DNA of 64,000 bases from Escherichia coli (GCF_030013595.1 NZ_CP122768.1); one strand, 5' to 3'. Counted from the first letter of the stretch, positions 40,200-51,424 are shown. The notes: generated by a model from the letters alone, not told the origin. Made by a program: numbers and translations.

Positions 40200-42048
40200 G
40201 TGGGCTGATAAACATTTTTATCTTCCCGAAGGCTCAAGCCATATTGCTGGCCACTGGACGACTCAGCCGGTCCAGGTAGTGATGTTAAATATGATGACGA
40301 ACGACGCGATAAAAATCGTGTCTGTTCGCAAATCAGCTCGTCTCGGTTATACAAAAATACTCGTCGCGGCGCTGCTCTATTTCGCTGAGCACAAAAAACG
40401 TAGTGCCGTGGTCTATCAGCCTATCGATGACGAATCGGATGGATTTGTCGCCGACGAGGTTGACCCCGCTATCGCCGAAATGCCGGTGATTCAGAAAATT
40501 TTCCCCGACTGGGATAAAAGCAACGAGCGTAACAATCTCCAGCGTAAAGAGATGAACGGGGCGATTATCGATTTTCGTGGCGCGAGTGCACCAGGAAATT
40601 TCCGGCGACTGACGAAACAGGTTGTCGAGGGTGACGAAGTCGACGGCTGGCCGCTGGAGGTTGCAAAAAAAGGCAAGGGCGAGGGCTCGCCCATCGAGCT
40701 GGCGCTCGTTCGAATTAAAGGTGCAGCGTACCCAAAAGCAATTTTCGGTTCGACGCCGACCGTTACCGGCAAAAGCCATATAGAAATGTTGGAAGACGCG
40801 GCTGATCTGACGTTTCGTTTTTACCTGAAGTGTCCGCATTGTGGCGAGGAGCAGGTCCTGGTATTTGGTTTCGACGGTATCGAATACGGTCTCAAGTGGG
40901 ATGACAGCCTGCAGACCAACGAGTCGAAATCGTCGTCCGCGTATTACCAGTGCTGCCACTGCCCGGAGCATTTTTACTATCGCGATCTCGAAAAAATGGA
41001 GCTCGCGGGGCGCTGGATAGCAGAGGACTGCACCTAGACGCGGGACGGCATTCATTTTTTTGATCACGACGGTGGTGTCGTTCGCGCGCCGAAACACGCG
41101 GCGATCGTGATAAACGCCCTGTATTCACTGAATCTCGACGGCTGGGGCGAGATTGTCAGCGAGTGGCTGAAAGCGAAAGGCGACCCACTCAAAGAAAAAA
41201 CGTTTCATAACACGACGCTCGGCGAGCTCTGGAGCGACGTGGCCAGCGAGCAGCTGGAGCACGATATTCTCGTTAATCGCCGGGAAAAATACGCCAGCCA
41301 GGTTCCTGACGGTGTTGTTTATATAACCGGCGGCATCGACTCTCAGACGTCCGGGCGCTACGAGTGTTACGTGTGGGGCTGGGGATCTGAGGAGGAGTGT
41401 TGGCTGATTGATAAAACAATCGTCCTCGGTCGCTACGACGAGGAGGACACGCTGCAGCGCGTCGACGGAGTGATTCGTAAACAATACCAGCGCAGCGACG
41501 GGACCACAATCGGCGTCAGTCGTTGGGCGTGGGATACCGGTGGTATAGACGCGCAGGTCGTTTATAACCGCTCGCTCAAACTCGGTCCGCTGTGGGTCAT
41601 TCCGATCAAAGGCGCGAGCTCATACGGCCAGCCGGTCGTAAATATGCCGCGTACCCGTAACGCGAATAAAGTTTATTTATCGTTAATCGGTACTGATACG
41701 GCAAAAGATTTGCTCGCGATGCGTCTGCCGCTGGAACCCGACCCTAAATCGGCGACACCGGGCGCAATTCATTTTCCCAACGACGATGAAATATTCGGCA
41801 CGACAGAGGCAAAACAGCTCGTCTCCGAAGTTCTGATCCCAAAACTCATTAACGGTCGCGTCGTTTATCGCTGGGACAATCAGGGCCGGCGAAATGAAGC
41901 GCTCGACTGCTGGGTGTACGGACTGGCGGCGCTGCGTATCAGTAAAATTCGTTTTCAGCTCAATCTCGAGACGCTCGCTGAGCAACGGAAAAAATCACAA
42001 AACAAACTGTCTCTCGAGGAGATGGCCAGAATGCTCGGAGGGAGCTAA
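40186..42048 (+). pseudogene. Terminase large subunit (lambda gpA-like) with in-frame amber codon at 41035..41037
   Basis: VEWADKHFYLPE..., CPHCGEEQ, ...TRDG..., GIDSQ, WGWG, NEALDC all align to lambda gpA as I recall it; TAG sits where gpA has Trp (IW-TRDG); reading continues in same frame; start ambiguous (40087 or 40186). Confidence 0.75.
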
Positions 42049-42281
42049 TGACGTCGCGCGAGGTTTTAACAGAACGACTGCTGGAAGCGGAAATCGCTCT
42101 GCACAAATTATTAACGGGTAAATCGACCGTGTCGCTGTCTCACGGCGATTCAGCAGGAAATAACCGGAGCTATCAATACTCGCAGGCGAGTATTGAGCAG
42201 CTCCGAACGTACATTATCGAGCTGAAATCACAGCTCGGTCTGAGTACGGGACGCCGTCGGCCCGTGGGAGTTCGATTATGA
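42048..42281 (+). CDS. Head-tail joining protein (lambda gpW-like)
   Basis: 77 aa, pattern similar to lambda W; between terminase and portal. Confidence 0.5.
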   Translation: MTSREVLTERLLEAEIALHKLLTGKSTVSLSHGDSAGNNRSYQYSQASIEQLRTYIIELKSQLGLSTGRRRPVGVRL

Positions 42282-43852
42282 CTGCTCCGCAGCAGCTGCT
42301 CGGGCCTGACGGTAAAACGCCACTACGCCGTTACGCGGGGTATAACGGCGGCGGTCCCGGTTTCGGTGGCCAGCTGATTGACTGGAACGCACCACAGCAG
42401 AGCGCCGACGCAGCACTGTTGCCGAATTTTTATCGCGGTAACGCGCGAGCAGACGATCTCGTTCGCAATAACGGCGTCGCGTCGAACGCCGTGCAACTGC
42501 ACCAGGATCATATCGTCGGCAATCTGTTTAAGTTGAGTTATCGCCCTAACTGGCGTTACCTCGGCATATCTCGCGAGGACGCCAGGGCGCTGGCGCGTGA
42601 CGTCGAGGTAGCGTGGACTGAATACGCCGAGGACCCTCACTGCACGATTGATATCGAGCGGAAACGGACGTTCACAATGATGATCCGCGAGGGCGTGGCT
42701 ACTCACGCTTTCAACGGTGAAACCTGCGTACAACCAGTCTGGGAGAGTAGTGCCGGCAGCGTTTTTCGGACGCGATTCAAAATGGTCTCACCGAAACGGA
42801 TTCGAAATCCGGGTTACGCAGCTGACACTCAATTTCGCCGCGCCGGTGTTGATATCGATAAAAACGGGGCCGCGGTCGGGTACTGGATAGCCGAGGATAC
42901 TTACCCTCTCGGCGGAGTCGGTAAATGCCGGCGTATCCCAGCACAGCTCAGCAGCGGCAGACACGCATTCATCCACATATTCGAGCCGCTCGAGGACGGA
43001 CAGACCCGCGGGGACAATATTTTTTACAGCGTCATGGAGCGCCTGAAAATGCTCGATACGTTGCAGCAAACACAGCTGCAGAGCGCCATCGTGAAAGCGA
43101 TGTACGCCGCGACAATCGAATCAGAGCTCGATAGCCAGCAGGCGTTTGAATATATCGCCGGCGCGGGTACTGATATCGATTCGAACCCGCTGAATTCGTT
43201 TATTCAGAGTTACGTGACGTACTACAACGGCGCAAATATCAAGCTCGGTGGCGTGAAAGTTCCCCACCTGCATCCCGGCGACAAACTCAGTTTACAGACC
43301 GCTCAGAATGCTGATGCTGGTTTTAGTTCACTGGAAAAATCACTCCTGCGTTACGTTGCAGCTGGCGTTGGCGCGTCATACGAAGAACTGAGCCGGGACT
43401 ACAGCCAGGTCAGTTACTCCAGCGCCCGGGCCAGCGCTAACGTCAGCTGGCGATTTTTCATGGGGCGTCGACGTTTTATCGCCGCGCGACAGGCGTCGCT
43501 GATGTTCTGCTGTTGGTTTGAAGAGGCGCTGGCACGCGGGATTATCACTCTGCCTAGCTCCGCGGTTCGGTCGTTTTATGAGGCGCGGAACTCCTGGACG
43601 AACGCGCTCTGGATCGGTGCTGGCCGAATGGCGATCGACGGACTGAAAGAAGTTCAGGAGAGCGCAATGCGAATCACGACTGGCCTCAGCACGTATCAGA
43701 ATGAACTGGCGCTGCAGGGGCAGGACTACGAAGAGGTTATGGAGCAACAGGAATACGAAATTCAGCGCCGGCGCGAAATGGGGTTGAGCGAGCCGTCCTG
43801 GTCTGTCTCTCATCCTTCAAATACCAACGATAACGGCTGGGGAGGTAACTGA
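42278..43852 (+). CDS. Portal protein (lambda gpB family)
   Basis: 524-aa ORF after terminase/W; lambda-type head gene order. Confidence 0.75.
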   Translation: MTAPQQLLGPDGKTPLRRYAGYNGGGPGFGGQLIDWNAPQQSADAALLPNFYRGNARADDLVRNNGVASNAVQLHQDHIVGNLFKLSYRPNWRYLGISREDARALARDVEVAWTEYAEDPHCTIDIERKRTFTMMIREGVATHAFNGETCVQPVWESSAGSVFRTRFKMVSPKRIRNPGYAADTQFRRAGVDIDKNGAAVGYWIAEDTYPLGGVGKCRRIPAQLSSGRHAFIHIFEPLEDGQTRGDNIFYSVMERLKMLDTLQQTQLQSAIVKAMYAATIESELDSQQAFEYIAGAGTDIDSNPLNSFIQSYVTYYNGANIKLGGVKVPHLHPGDKLSLQTAQNADAGFSSLEKSLLRYVAAGVGASYEELSRDYSQVSYSSARASANVSWRFFMGRRRFIAARQASLMFCCWFEEALARGIITLPSSAVRSFYEARNSWTNALWIGAGRMAIDGLKEVQESAMRITTGLSTYQNELALQGQDYEEVMEQQEYEIQRRREMGLSEPSWSVSHPSNTNDNGWGGN

Positions 43853-45159
43853 TGCCGTGGAATAATTTTCCGCACCTCGCCGCCCGGGCGTTCAATCAAC
43901 CGCTGTTGCTGGAGCCCACTTACGCGCGTGTATTTTTTTTGGCGCTGAGCGATCGGTTCGGTGCCAGACGACTGATTGATACAGCGTCCGGAGAGGTAAT
44001 GAGCAGCGACGAAATGAACGCGCTCGCGATGGGGTGGGACAGCAGCGAGCGATCGCGTCAGAAGTCGTACCGCGTGGAGCGTGGTATAGCCGTTCTGCCT
44101 GTTACCGGGACGCTGGTTCATAAATTGGGTTATATCAATCCGGTCAGTGGGATGAGCGGTTACGACGGAATCGCAAAACGTCTGCAGCAGGCGATTGCTG
44201 ATCCCGATGTTAAGGGGGTCTTGCTGGATATTGACTCCCCTGGCGGTGAGGTCGCCGGCGCGTTTGATACCGCTGATCTAATCGCCCGGGCGCGAGAGCA
44301 AAAACCGGTGTGGGCGCTGGCCAGCGATACGGCCTGCAGCGCCGCATATTTGCTGGCGTCAGCGTGTTCGCGCCGGCTGATAACGCAGACCGGCACGGTT
44401 GGTTCAATCGGTGTTCTGATGGCCCACCGCTGTGTCGAAAAGGCGCTGGAGATTGCCGGCGTTGACGTGACACTGATTTACGCCGGCGCGCACAAAGTCG
44501 ACGGTAACCCGTATTCCCAGCTGCCTGACGACGTTCGCGACGAATTCCAGCTGAGTATTAACAGCACGCGCGAGCAGTTCGCGCAAAAAGTCTCGGATTA
44601 TACCGGTCTGAAAAAATCCAGGGTGCTGGCCACGGAGGCCGCAGTATTTACCGGCGCAGACGCGATCAAATCTGGTCTCGCTGATCAACTCGTTAATTAC
44701 GCAGACGCTATCGCAGTGATGGCCGACGCACTGAAACCAAAAATGGAGCGATTTATGCCAGGTACAGAAACCACGGCGGAGACCACGACAACAGAACAAA
44801 CCGCGGACACGTCCACGGTCGCGCCGGTTGTGTTAAACACGGAGCAGATTCGCACGGACGCCGCATCGGGTGAACTGGCGCGCGTAATGGCCATTATCAA
44901 CTGCCCCGAAGCTGTCGGTCGCGAAGCACAGGCAAAAGCGCTCGCCGGCGTCCCCGGGATGACCGTCGAGCAGGCGCAGGTGGTCCTCGCGGCAGCACCG
45001 CAAACGGCGCAGGCGCGGACAGAAACGGCGCTCGATACACTAATGAGCACTGAATCACCGGCAACGATTCAGGATGCCGGCAGCACTACGGCAACAGGAA
45101 CAACCGCAAACGTCTCGATGCTCGTCGCGGCAGGGCGTTCAATTTTAGGGGATGAATAA
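43852..45159 (+). CDS. Head maturation protease / scaffold (lambda gpC-like, S49 family)
   Basis: 435-aa ORF after portal with ClpP/SppA-like region (GVLLDIDSPGGEVAG...). Confidence 0.65.
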   Translation: MPWNNFPHLAARAFNQPLLLEPTYARVFFLALSDRFGARRLIDTASGEVMSSDEMNALAMGWDSSERSRQKSYRVERGIAVLPVTGTLVHKLGYINPVSGMSGYDGIAKRLQQAIADPDVKGVLLDIDSPGGEVAGAFDTADLIARAREQKPVWALASDTACSAAYLLASACSRRLITQTGTVGSIGVLMAHRCVEKALEIAGVDVTLIYAGAHKVDGNPYSQLPDDVRDEFQLSINSTREQFAQKVSDYTGLKKSRVLATEAAVFTGADAIKSGLADQLVNYADAIAVMADALKPKMERFMPGTETTAETTTTEQTADTSTVAPVVLNTEQIRTDAASGELARVMAIINCPEAVGREAQAKALAGVPGMTVEQAQVVLAAAPQTAQARTETALDTLMSTESPATIQDAGSTTATGTTANVSMLVAAGRSILGDE

Positions 45160-45488
45160 TGACCACAGAAACGTATAGCCCAGATGATTTTATTCTGGGA
45201 CCCGATCTCGTTGTGACGACCGTCGGTCATTTTCAGGGCGGGATCAACGTACCCCGGCTGACGCCGGTCATGGTGGATGCTACCGCGGGGTCGTTTAAAG
45301 TGTGGGACGGCTCAGTCGGTAAAGCTGTCGGCCTTACGGCCACTGCGGTCAATACGGGCTCCAGTACTGTAGACTGCTCGTACTATAAATCAGGATCGTT
45401 CCGTTATACGGCGATTAACTGGGGGACGGTTACCGACGTAGCTAAACGCAAATCAGCGTTTGCTGGTACGCCGATCAGCGTCAGCTGA
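45159..45488 (+). CDS. Head decoration protein (gpD-like)
   Basis: 109-aa ORF between protease and major capsid gene; terminator hairpin follows at ~45509-45533. Confidence 0.5.
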   Translation: MTTETYSPDDFILGPDLVVTTVGHFQGGINVPRLTPVMVDATAGSFKVWDGSVGKAVGLTATAVNTGSSTVDCSYYKSGSFRYTAINWGTVTDVAKRKSAFAGTPISVS

Positions 45489-45547
45489 TAGCCCCAAGAA
45501 TTCAAAACAAGCCGCCTACGGGCGGTTTTTTTATACAGGATATATAA

Positions 45548-46582
45548 ATGAGCGATTCGTTTACTACGTCAGAACTGATTACCGCAACGCAGCAGGTATT
45601 TAAGTTCAATCCGTTGTTTTTAAGATTGTTTTTCCGTGAGACCTATACGTTTAAGAGCGAAGAGGTTTTTCTGGATAAAATCCCGGGAAAAGTGAACATG
45701 GCCGTGTATTGCGCGCCGATGATCACCGGCAAAGTTGACCGCACTCGCGGCTATTCAACGAACCATTTCAAACCGGGTTACACGAAGCCGAAGCACACGA
45801 TCAATCCGAATATGAGCATCAAGCGCTCCGCCGGTGAGCAGATTGGCCAGCCGGAAATGCCGGTCGAACGTCGTGCAAAAATCATCATGCAGAATCTGCT
45901 CGACGAGGAGCTCAGCATCAGCCAGCTCGAAGAGTTCCAGGCAGTGCAGGCGGTTCTGTACGGTAAGTACACCGTCTCCGGCAGCAATATCGAGACCTAT
46001 GAGATCGACATGAGCCGCAGCGCGACGAATAACGTTACTCAGTCCGGTTCGACAGCCTGGTCTACGCAGGACGCGGAAACGTATGACCCGAGCGACGATA
46101 TCGAATCCTACGCGGACCTCGCCTCCGGTGCAGTCAACGTCATCATTATGGACGGTAAAGCCTGGAAGCAGCTTAAACGCTTTAAAAAATTCTGGACGGC
46201 GCTGGATACGCGTCGCGGCTCAAACAGCCAGCTCGAGATCGCGCTGAAAAACCTGGGCGACGTTGTTAGCTTTAAGGGCTATTACGGTGACACAGCGTTG
46301 TTTGTCTACAAAGGACAATACATCGATCCGGAGACAGGCACTGAAAAGCGTTATATGCCGGATAGCACGATGATTTTGGGCAACACAAAAAATCGCGGAC
46401 TCCGCACTTATGGCGCAATCCAGGACGAAGACGCTTTGAAAGAGGGTATCAGCGAGGCCACGCGCTATCCGAAAGTCTGGACCACTACCGGTGATCCGGC
46501 AGTGACGCAGACAATGACCCAATCCGCGCCAGCAATGGTGCTCACGGACGCTGATGCGTTTGTCGTCGTAAAAATCGCGTAA
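45548..46582 (+). CDS. Major capsid protein (lambda gpE-like)
   Basis: 344-aa ORF in major-capsid position; terminator hairpin after stop (~46583-46604). Confidence 0.75.
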   Translation: MSDSFTTSELITATQQVFKFNPLFLRLFFRETYTFKSEEVFLDKIPGKVNMAVYCAPMITGKVDRTRGYSTNHFKPGYTKPKHTINPNMSIKRSAGEQIGQPEMPVERRAKIIMQNLLDEELSISQLEEFQAVQAVLYGKYTVSGSNIETYEIDMSRSATNNVTQSGSTAWSTQDAETYDPSDDIESYADLASGAVNVIIMDGKAWKQLKRFKKFWTALDTRRGSNSQLEIALKNLGDVVSFKGYYGDTALFVYKGQYIDPETGTEKRYMPDSTMILGNTKNRGLRTYGAIQDEDALKEGISEATRYPKVWTTTGDPAVTQTMTQSAPAMVLTDADAFVVVKIA

Positions 46583-46616
46583 GAGCCGAAAGGCTCTTTT
46601 TTGTTAAGGAAGCAAC

Positions 46617-47030
46617 ATGAGCACAAAAACAGAATTGCTGGCGCGCATTGACGATCTGAGCGCTCAGCTCGGTCGCGAATTACCGCGCAGCGGGACTATT
46701 GCTGAACTGGAATCAATCGTCGCTGGCGCTGAGTCAGAGCTCGATATTTTGAACGAGCAATCCGGTGACGCGAGTGATGCCAACATTAATGCGAACGCAT
46801 CAGATGAAACTGATGATGACAGCGCAGAACAACCGTCAATCGCGAGCACGACGTCACAACCAGAACTGTCTCCCGCTACGCGCCGCGTTAAGCTGCGTAA
46901 CACGCTGGATGTATATCACTACGTGAACGGGCGTCGCGTTCGCGAGATTGTTGCCGCTGGCCGTGAAATTGTTGTTGATTCACCAGAGGTTGCAGACCTC
47001 ATCGCAGCTGATCACGTTTACGCTCTATGA
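46617..47030 (+). CDS. DNA packaging protein (gpFI-like)
   Basis: 137-aa acidic ORF after capsid gene. Confidence 0.45.
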   Translation: MSTKTELLARIDDLSAQLGRELPRSGTIAELESIVAGAESELDILNEQSGDASDANINANASDETDDDSAEQPSIASTTSQPELSPATRRVKLRNTLDVYHYVNGRRVREIVAAGREIVVDSPEVADLIAADHVYAL

Positions 47031-47407
47031 GCTACTACGATGACCTCCGGGCCGGCGATGAGGAGATGATTCTGGAGTGGGGACGGCCCGTTAAATTACG
47101 CGGTAAAACCGACCCCATTATCGCTATTTTCAACGAGCCTTACGCGCGCGTTGACGTTCCTCACGCTGGTTTTATTACCGGTACAGTAACGAGCCTGACA
47201 GCGCTCTCAGACGACGTCGCCGGCATTGTTGCGCGTGACGTCGTCCGGGTTCCAAAGCAGCGCAGCATCGAACCTGACGGCTCTGTTACCTGGTCTGGCT
47301 GGACCGATTACGTGGTTAAAGAGTCTCAGCCAGACGGTGTCGGGCTCACGAATATTTTTTTAGAGCCTCATACGTCCAGCGAAAACAGCGAGTATTCAAA
47401 ATACTAA
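47027..47407 (+). CDS. Head-tail joining protein (gpFII-like)
   Basis: 126-aa ORF overlapping FI stop. Confidence 0.45.
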   Translation: MSYYDDLRAGDEEMILEWGRPVKLRGKTDPIIAIFNEPYARVDVPHAGFITGTVTSLTALSDDVAGIVARDVVRVPKQRSIEPDGSVTWSGWTDYVVKESQPDGVGLTNIFLEPHTSSENSEYSKY

Positions 47408-47437
47408 GTGGGACCGCGGTCCTACTAAGGGGGAACC

Positions 47438-48118
47438 GTGGCCGATTTACGTAGTAACGCGCAGATGTTCGATATCGATGTTTCGGCGCTGGAGCAGCTC
47501 AGAGTCGAAATCAGCGCGACGCAACATCAAATGTTAATGGCATACAACAGGGCGCTGAACCGAACTGCAAAACATATGCACCGAATTTCAGCAGGAATGA
47601 TTTTGACTGCACTGGCAGCTAAAAATCATAAGGCCGTAGATAAACGAATCAAACCGTTCATTAAGCGCCGCGATTTTACAAAAGAAGGGGCAGGAGATCT
47701 GAGTAGCGTAAAACTCTGGTACGGCCTGAACGATTTCCGTGTATCTGAGCTAAAGGGGCGATTACAAAATCCCAGGAAGCAGAAGCAGCCTCGCAATCCA
47801 GAGACCGGTCAATTTTTGAAAACAAAAAAAGGCGCTCGAGGGGCAACTTTTACACCCAAAAGTGCAGGGCTGGCGATGCTGAGCTGGCCCGATTCATTCG
47901 TAGCGAAACGCTACGGTGCGAAAAGTGTCTGGATTCGACTGGCTCGCGGAGGAATCGAAGAGGCTCGCGTACCGGTGCACGAAGCGCTGGAGGATGCTAT
48001 CGATGATTATATTTTTGAAAACATTGGCACCGTGTTCATGGGTTTTTTTGAACAGGACTTGCGTGGTCGCGTGAAAGGTAATGTCCACGTAGACCCAAAA
48101 ACAGGGAAACGATTATGA
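47438..48118 (+). CDS. Hypothetical virion morphogenesis / tail completion protein
   Basis: 226-aa ORF between head and baseplate genes. Confidence 0.35.
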   Translation: MADLRSNAQMFDIDVSALEQLRVEISATQHQMLMAYNRALNRTAKHMHRISAGMILTALAAKNHKAVDKRIKPFIKRRDFTKEGAGDLSSVKLWYGLNDFRVSELKGRLQNPRKQKQPRNPETGQFLKTKKGARGATFTPKSAGLAMLSWPDSFVAKRYGAKSVWIRLARGGIEEARVPVHEALEDAIDDYIFENIGTVFMGFFEQDLRGRVKGNVHVDPKTGKRL

Positions 48119-48651
48119 GCGGACTGGATGCATTTGACGAATATCTTGATCGCGTTAAAGGCGCGGTTTTACAAATACCGTTCATCAAAACATTCGGCAT
48201 TTATCCAGAAATTCCGGCAGGATTTGAAACGCCAGCTCTGTTCCTGGAAATCAGCAACTGGTCACAGAGTGACGAATCGGTTCCAGGCTCAATTCAGTCA
48301 GTCGAGCTGTCGTGTAATTTGTATTTGCTGCGTGAGTTTGCGGCTGATCAGTACGGACTGAAATCGCAGAATGCAGCGCTCTATATGACGAGCTGGATTA
48401 ATGGGCGAATGTTTGGTGCCGGAACTAAACCAGCAAAATTCAGCGACGCGGAACCGTGTGACTGGATTAAAAACGGGCAGTCAGTCGGTTCGCATTCAGT
48501 TCAGTGCGTGTCGTTCACGCAGGTTGTAGGCGTTGGTCCAGATATTTTCGATTATCCCTCACAGGGAACCCTGAAAAATATATACGTCGGAATAGCGCCA
48601 GATATCGGCGCAGAACATGAGGGCGACTACTATGGCCCAATCGGACGATGA
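48115..48651 (+). CDS. Hypothetical virion morphogenesis protein
   Basis: 178-aa ORF, translationally coupled to neighbours. Confidence 0.35.
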   Translation: MSGLDAFDEYLDRVKGAVLQIPFIKTFGIYPEIPAGFETPALFLEISNWSQSDESVPGSIQSVELSCNLYLLREFAADQYGLKSQNAALYMTSWINGRMFGAGTKPAKFSDAEPCDWIKNGQSVGSHSVQCVSFTQVVGVGPDIFDYPSQGTLKNIYVGIAPDIGAEHEGDYYGPIGR

Positions 48652-49534
48652 ATATGCCGCAGCGGAGAACGCGCGTCGGCTGCGTGACGCAGTTAAACGC
48701 GGCACGATAGCTGCAGTTAAAATGAATCCTCCCCGTTGCCGCGTCTCATTTGGCGGCGAGCACCAGTCAGGCTGGCTACAGTGGTTTACACACGCAACGT
48801 CTGAGCGCGTCGACTGGAGCGCTCCATCAGTGGGTGATCCCGTTACCGTTGTTTCTGAGGGCGGGGACACGCGGAACGGTGTAGTTATGCTCGGGTTACA
48901 CATTGACGACAAAGCTCCGCCCAGTAGTGACCCACATGATCATGTCACTGCATACTGTGACGGGGCTACGATGACGTATAACACAAAAAATCACACTCTG
49001 ACATGGCAGGGCGTACCGGACGGCGTAGTAAAAATACTCGGTGAGTCTGAAATAGAAATATTCGGACGTGCAGACGTTACTATTAATAGCGAAAACGTTG
49101 TCAATATTCACGGTGGAAAATTAATTAACGCAGACGCTGATATTATTAATGTGACAGCGACAGATACAATTAACGCACATGCTGATTTAGTGAACGTTAT
49201 AGCAACGAGTTCTGTTAGTGTTACTGCTGCGAACAGAATATCGCTGACAGCTCAAACAATCAGTGCGTGGGCTCCGGGTGGGATAACACTAGCTGGTCCA
49301 ACTCATATTACCGAGACATTAGTAGTAGATAAATTAGCGACATTCCATAACGATATTTCTGTCACTGGAGATAACGGTGGAACAGGTAATATCACAACTC
49401 GCGGTAGTGTGTTAGCAGGGCAAGAGGTGCAGGATCGACAAGGCACAATAGCTGAAGTCCGCACAACGTATAACGGACACACTCATATATGTCCGGACGG
49501 GGAAACACAACAACCGAACCAACCAATGGCGTAA
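48617..49534 (+). CDS. Baseplate spike protein (P2 gpV-like)
   Basis: 305 aa; first gene of a V-W-J-I-H order. Confidence 0.6.
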   Translation: MRATTMAQSDDEYAAAENARRLRDAVKRGTIAAVKMNPPRCRVSFGGEHQSGWLQWFTHATSERVDWSAPSVGDPVTVVSEGGDTRNGVVMLGLHIDDKAPPSSDPHDHVTAYCDGATMTYNTKNHTLTWQGVPDGVVKILGESEIEIFGRADVTINSENVVNIHGGKLINADADIINVTATDTINAHADLVNVIATSSVSVTAANRISLTAQTISAWAPGGITLAGPTHITETLVVDKLATFHNDISVTGDNGGTGNITTRGSVLAGQEVQDRQGTIAEVRTTYNGHTHICPDGETQQPNQPMA

Positions 49535-49878
49535 ATATGCTTGGAATGGACCGTAACACTGGTAAACCTTTATCCGGGGTTGACCACATTTGTCAGTCTA
49601 TCGTTGATATTTTAACGACCCCGCTGGGAACACGTGTAATGCTGCCGGAATATGGAAGCAAATTATTTGACCTCGTTGATAATCCCACTGATCCGTCGCT
49701 TGCTATGAGAATAATGATGGAAAGTGCAGGAGCAATAGCACGCTGGGAACCACGCGTCAGAATTGACAGAATAAATGTGTTAGCAGTGGATATCGGGAAA
49801 ATAACAATATTAATTATCGCAACAGATATCGAAACACAACAGCGATTAGAGTTTAATAATATGGAGCTGATATTTTGA
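49489..49878 (+). CDS. Baseplate protein (P2 gpW-like)
   Basis: 129-aa ORF after V. Confidence 0.55.
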   Translation: MSGRGNTTTEPTNGVNMLGMDRNTGKPLSGVDHICQSIVDILTTPLGTRVMLPEYGSKLFDLVDNPTDPSLAMRIMMESAGAIARWEPRVRIDRINVLAVDIGKITILIIATDIETQQRLEFNNMELIF

Positions 49879-50795
49879 TAACATTAACAGTTCAGAATTC
49901 GATAGTGAAAACTATTGATATGAGTCTGCTGCCGCCGCCCGCGTTTGTTAAAACCCCGCTATTTTCAGATGTTAAATCTAATCTATTGTCAGAGCTGCAG
50001 ATATTATATCCACAATTTAACGCACTCCTGGAGTCAGACCCGGCCGTTAAACTGCTGGAAATAGTTGCATACAGAGAAATTATCATTACAGCGCGGGTAA
50101 ATCAGGGGATGCTCGCGGTATTACTCGCGTTTGCAAAAGAGTGGGACCTCGACCAGATTGGCGCTAATTTTGACTGCCTGCGGCTGTTGATAACGCCAGC
50201 TAATCGTGATGCGATTCCCCCGACTGAGGCGGTTTACGAGAGTGACGACGAGTATCGTCATCGCATACAGCTATCGTGGTACGCGCGGAATACTGCCGGC
50301 AGTACAAACGCGTATAACTATTTCGCGCTATCGAGTGATCCCGACGTTCTGTCAGCTCAGGCATACGGACCGCCGGTGACACAACCAGGGTACGTCGATA
50401 TGTATGTCCTGTCGCGAACCGGCGACGGCACTCCGCCTCAATCACTACTGAATACAGTTAATGCAGCGCTGTCTCCTGATGACACCCGACCGCTAACCGA
50501 TTTCGTTACAGTAAAACCTGCGTCGAACCTGAATTACCGGGTTGAGGCCGTTATCGTAGCCGGGCTTGGACCCGACCAGAACGTTTTGCTTAACGGTGCT
50601 CAGAGCGATTTGGCGATATATGTGGATACGCAGCATAAAATCGGAGCGACGGCAGCTCTGTCAGGAATTTACGACGCGATACATCGTGACGGCACTGAAC
50701 GTGTGATTCTGATATCGCCAACAGAGGACGTGATTGCTGGCGTCGGACAGGCTCCGCACTGCACTGAAATTAAACTCAGCGTGCAAATGGGGTAG
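49875..50795 (+). CDS. Baseplate protein J
   Basis: 306-aa ORF in J position. Confidence 0.65.
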   Translation: MITLTVQNSIVKTIDMSLLPPPAFVKTPLFSDVKSNLLSELQILYPQFNALLESDPAVKLLEIVAYREIIITARVNQGMLAVLLAFAKEWDLDQIGANFDCLRLLITPANRDAIPPTEAVYESDDEYRHRIQLSWYARNTAGSTNAYNYFALSSDPDVLSAQAYGPPVTQPGYVDMYVLSRTGDGTPPQSLLNTVNAALSPDDTRPLTDFVTVKPASNLNYRVEAVIVAGLGPDQNVLLNGAQSDLAIYVDTQHKIGATAALSGIYDAIHRDGTERVILISPTEDVIAGVGQAPHCTEIKLSVQMG

Positions 50796-50797
50796 CT

Positions 50798-51424
50798 ATG
50801 GCAAGTCAAAGTGTGCTGCCTCCGAACGCAATAACTCCCGAGAGGGCGCTTGAGGTTGTTTTATCTCACGTCGGCGATCTGCCTGGCGATATTCGAATTA
50901 TTAAAAATCCCGATTTGTGCCCTGCAAATCTGTTGCCGTGGCTGGCGTGGGAGTACGCGGTCACCTACTGGAACCCCGACTGGAGTGAGCAGCAAAAACG
51001 CGAAATTATTAAGGCCGCAGCCTGGCAAAATAAATATCGCGGCACGCGTGGTGCCGTCGAACGAGCATTATTAACGGTGGGATTTGAGAGCAAAATGAGA
51101 GAGTGGTTTGAAGCCACGCCCAGGGACGACCCGTATACATTCGCAATTAAAATATATCTGCTAAAAAGTATAGGGTTAGATTTAGAACTATTGAATACCT
51201 TTATTGCACAAATATTTGATGCAAAAAATTGCCGTTCCTTATTAAAAGAAATAAATTTTGAAACGGGTGTCGATGGTGAGTTTTTTATAGCTGGTGCACC
51301 TTACGCGAAAATAGGCGTAAATATTCCAGCAGACGGCGACGGCGGTGTAAAAATTAACGGCGGGCTATATATATCAGGCTCACCAATTGTTAGTTTAAAT
51401 GTGGAGATAGGGCCAAATGGCTGA
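50798..51424 (+). CDS. Tail protein I-like
   Basis: 208-aa ORF in I position. Confidence 0.55.
   Translation: MASQSVLPPNAITPERALEVVLSHVGDLPGDIRIIKNPDLCPANLLPWLAWEYAVTYWNPDWSEQQKREIIKAAAWQNKYRGTRGAVERALLTVGFESKMREWFEATPRDDPYTFAIKIYLLKSIGLDLELLNTFIAQIFDAKNCRSLLKEINFETGVDGEFFIAGAPYAKIGVNIPADGDGGVKINGGLYISGSPIVSLNVEIGPNG

Noticed and set aside
40333-41097. 254-aa minus-strand ORF inside the large terminase
   Set aside because: Antisense to a gene that aligns colinearly to lambda gpA; long reverse ORFs are common in GC-rich phage genes.
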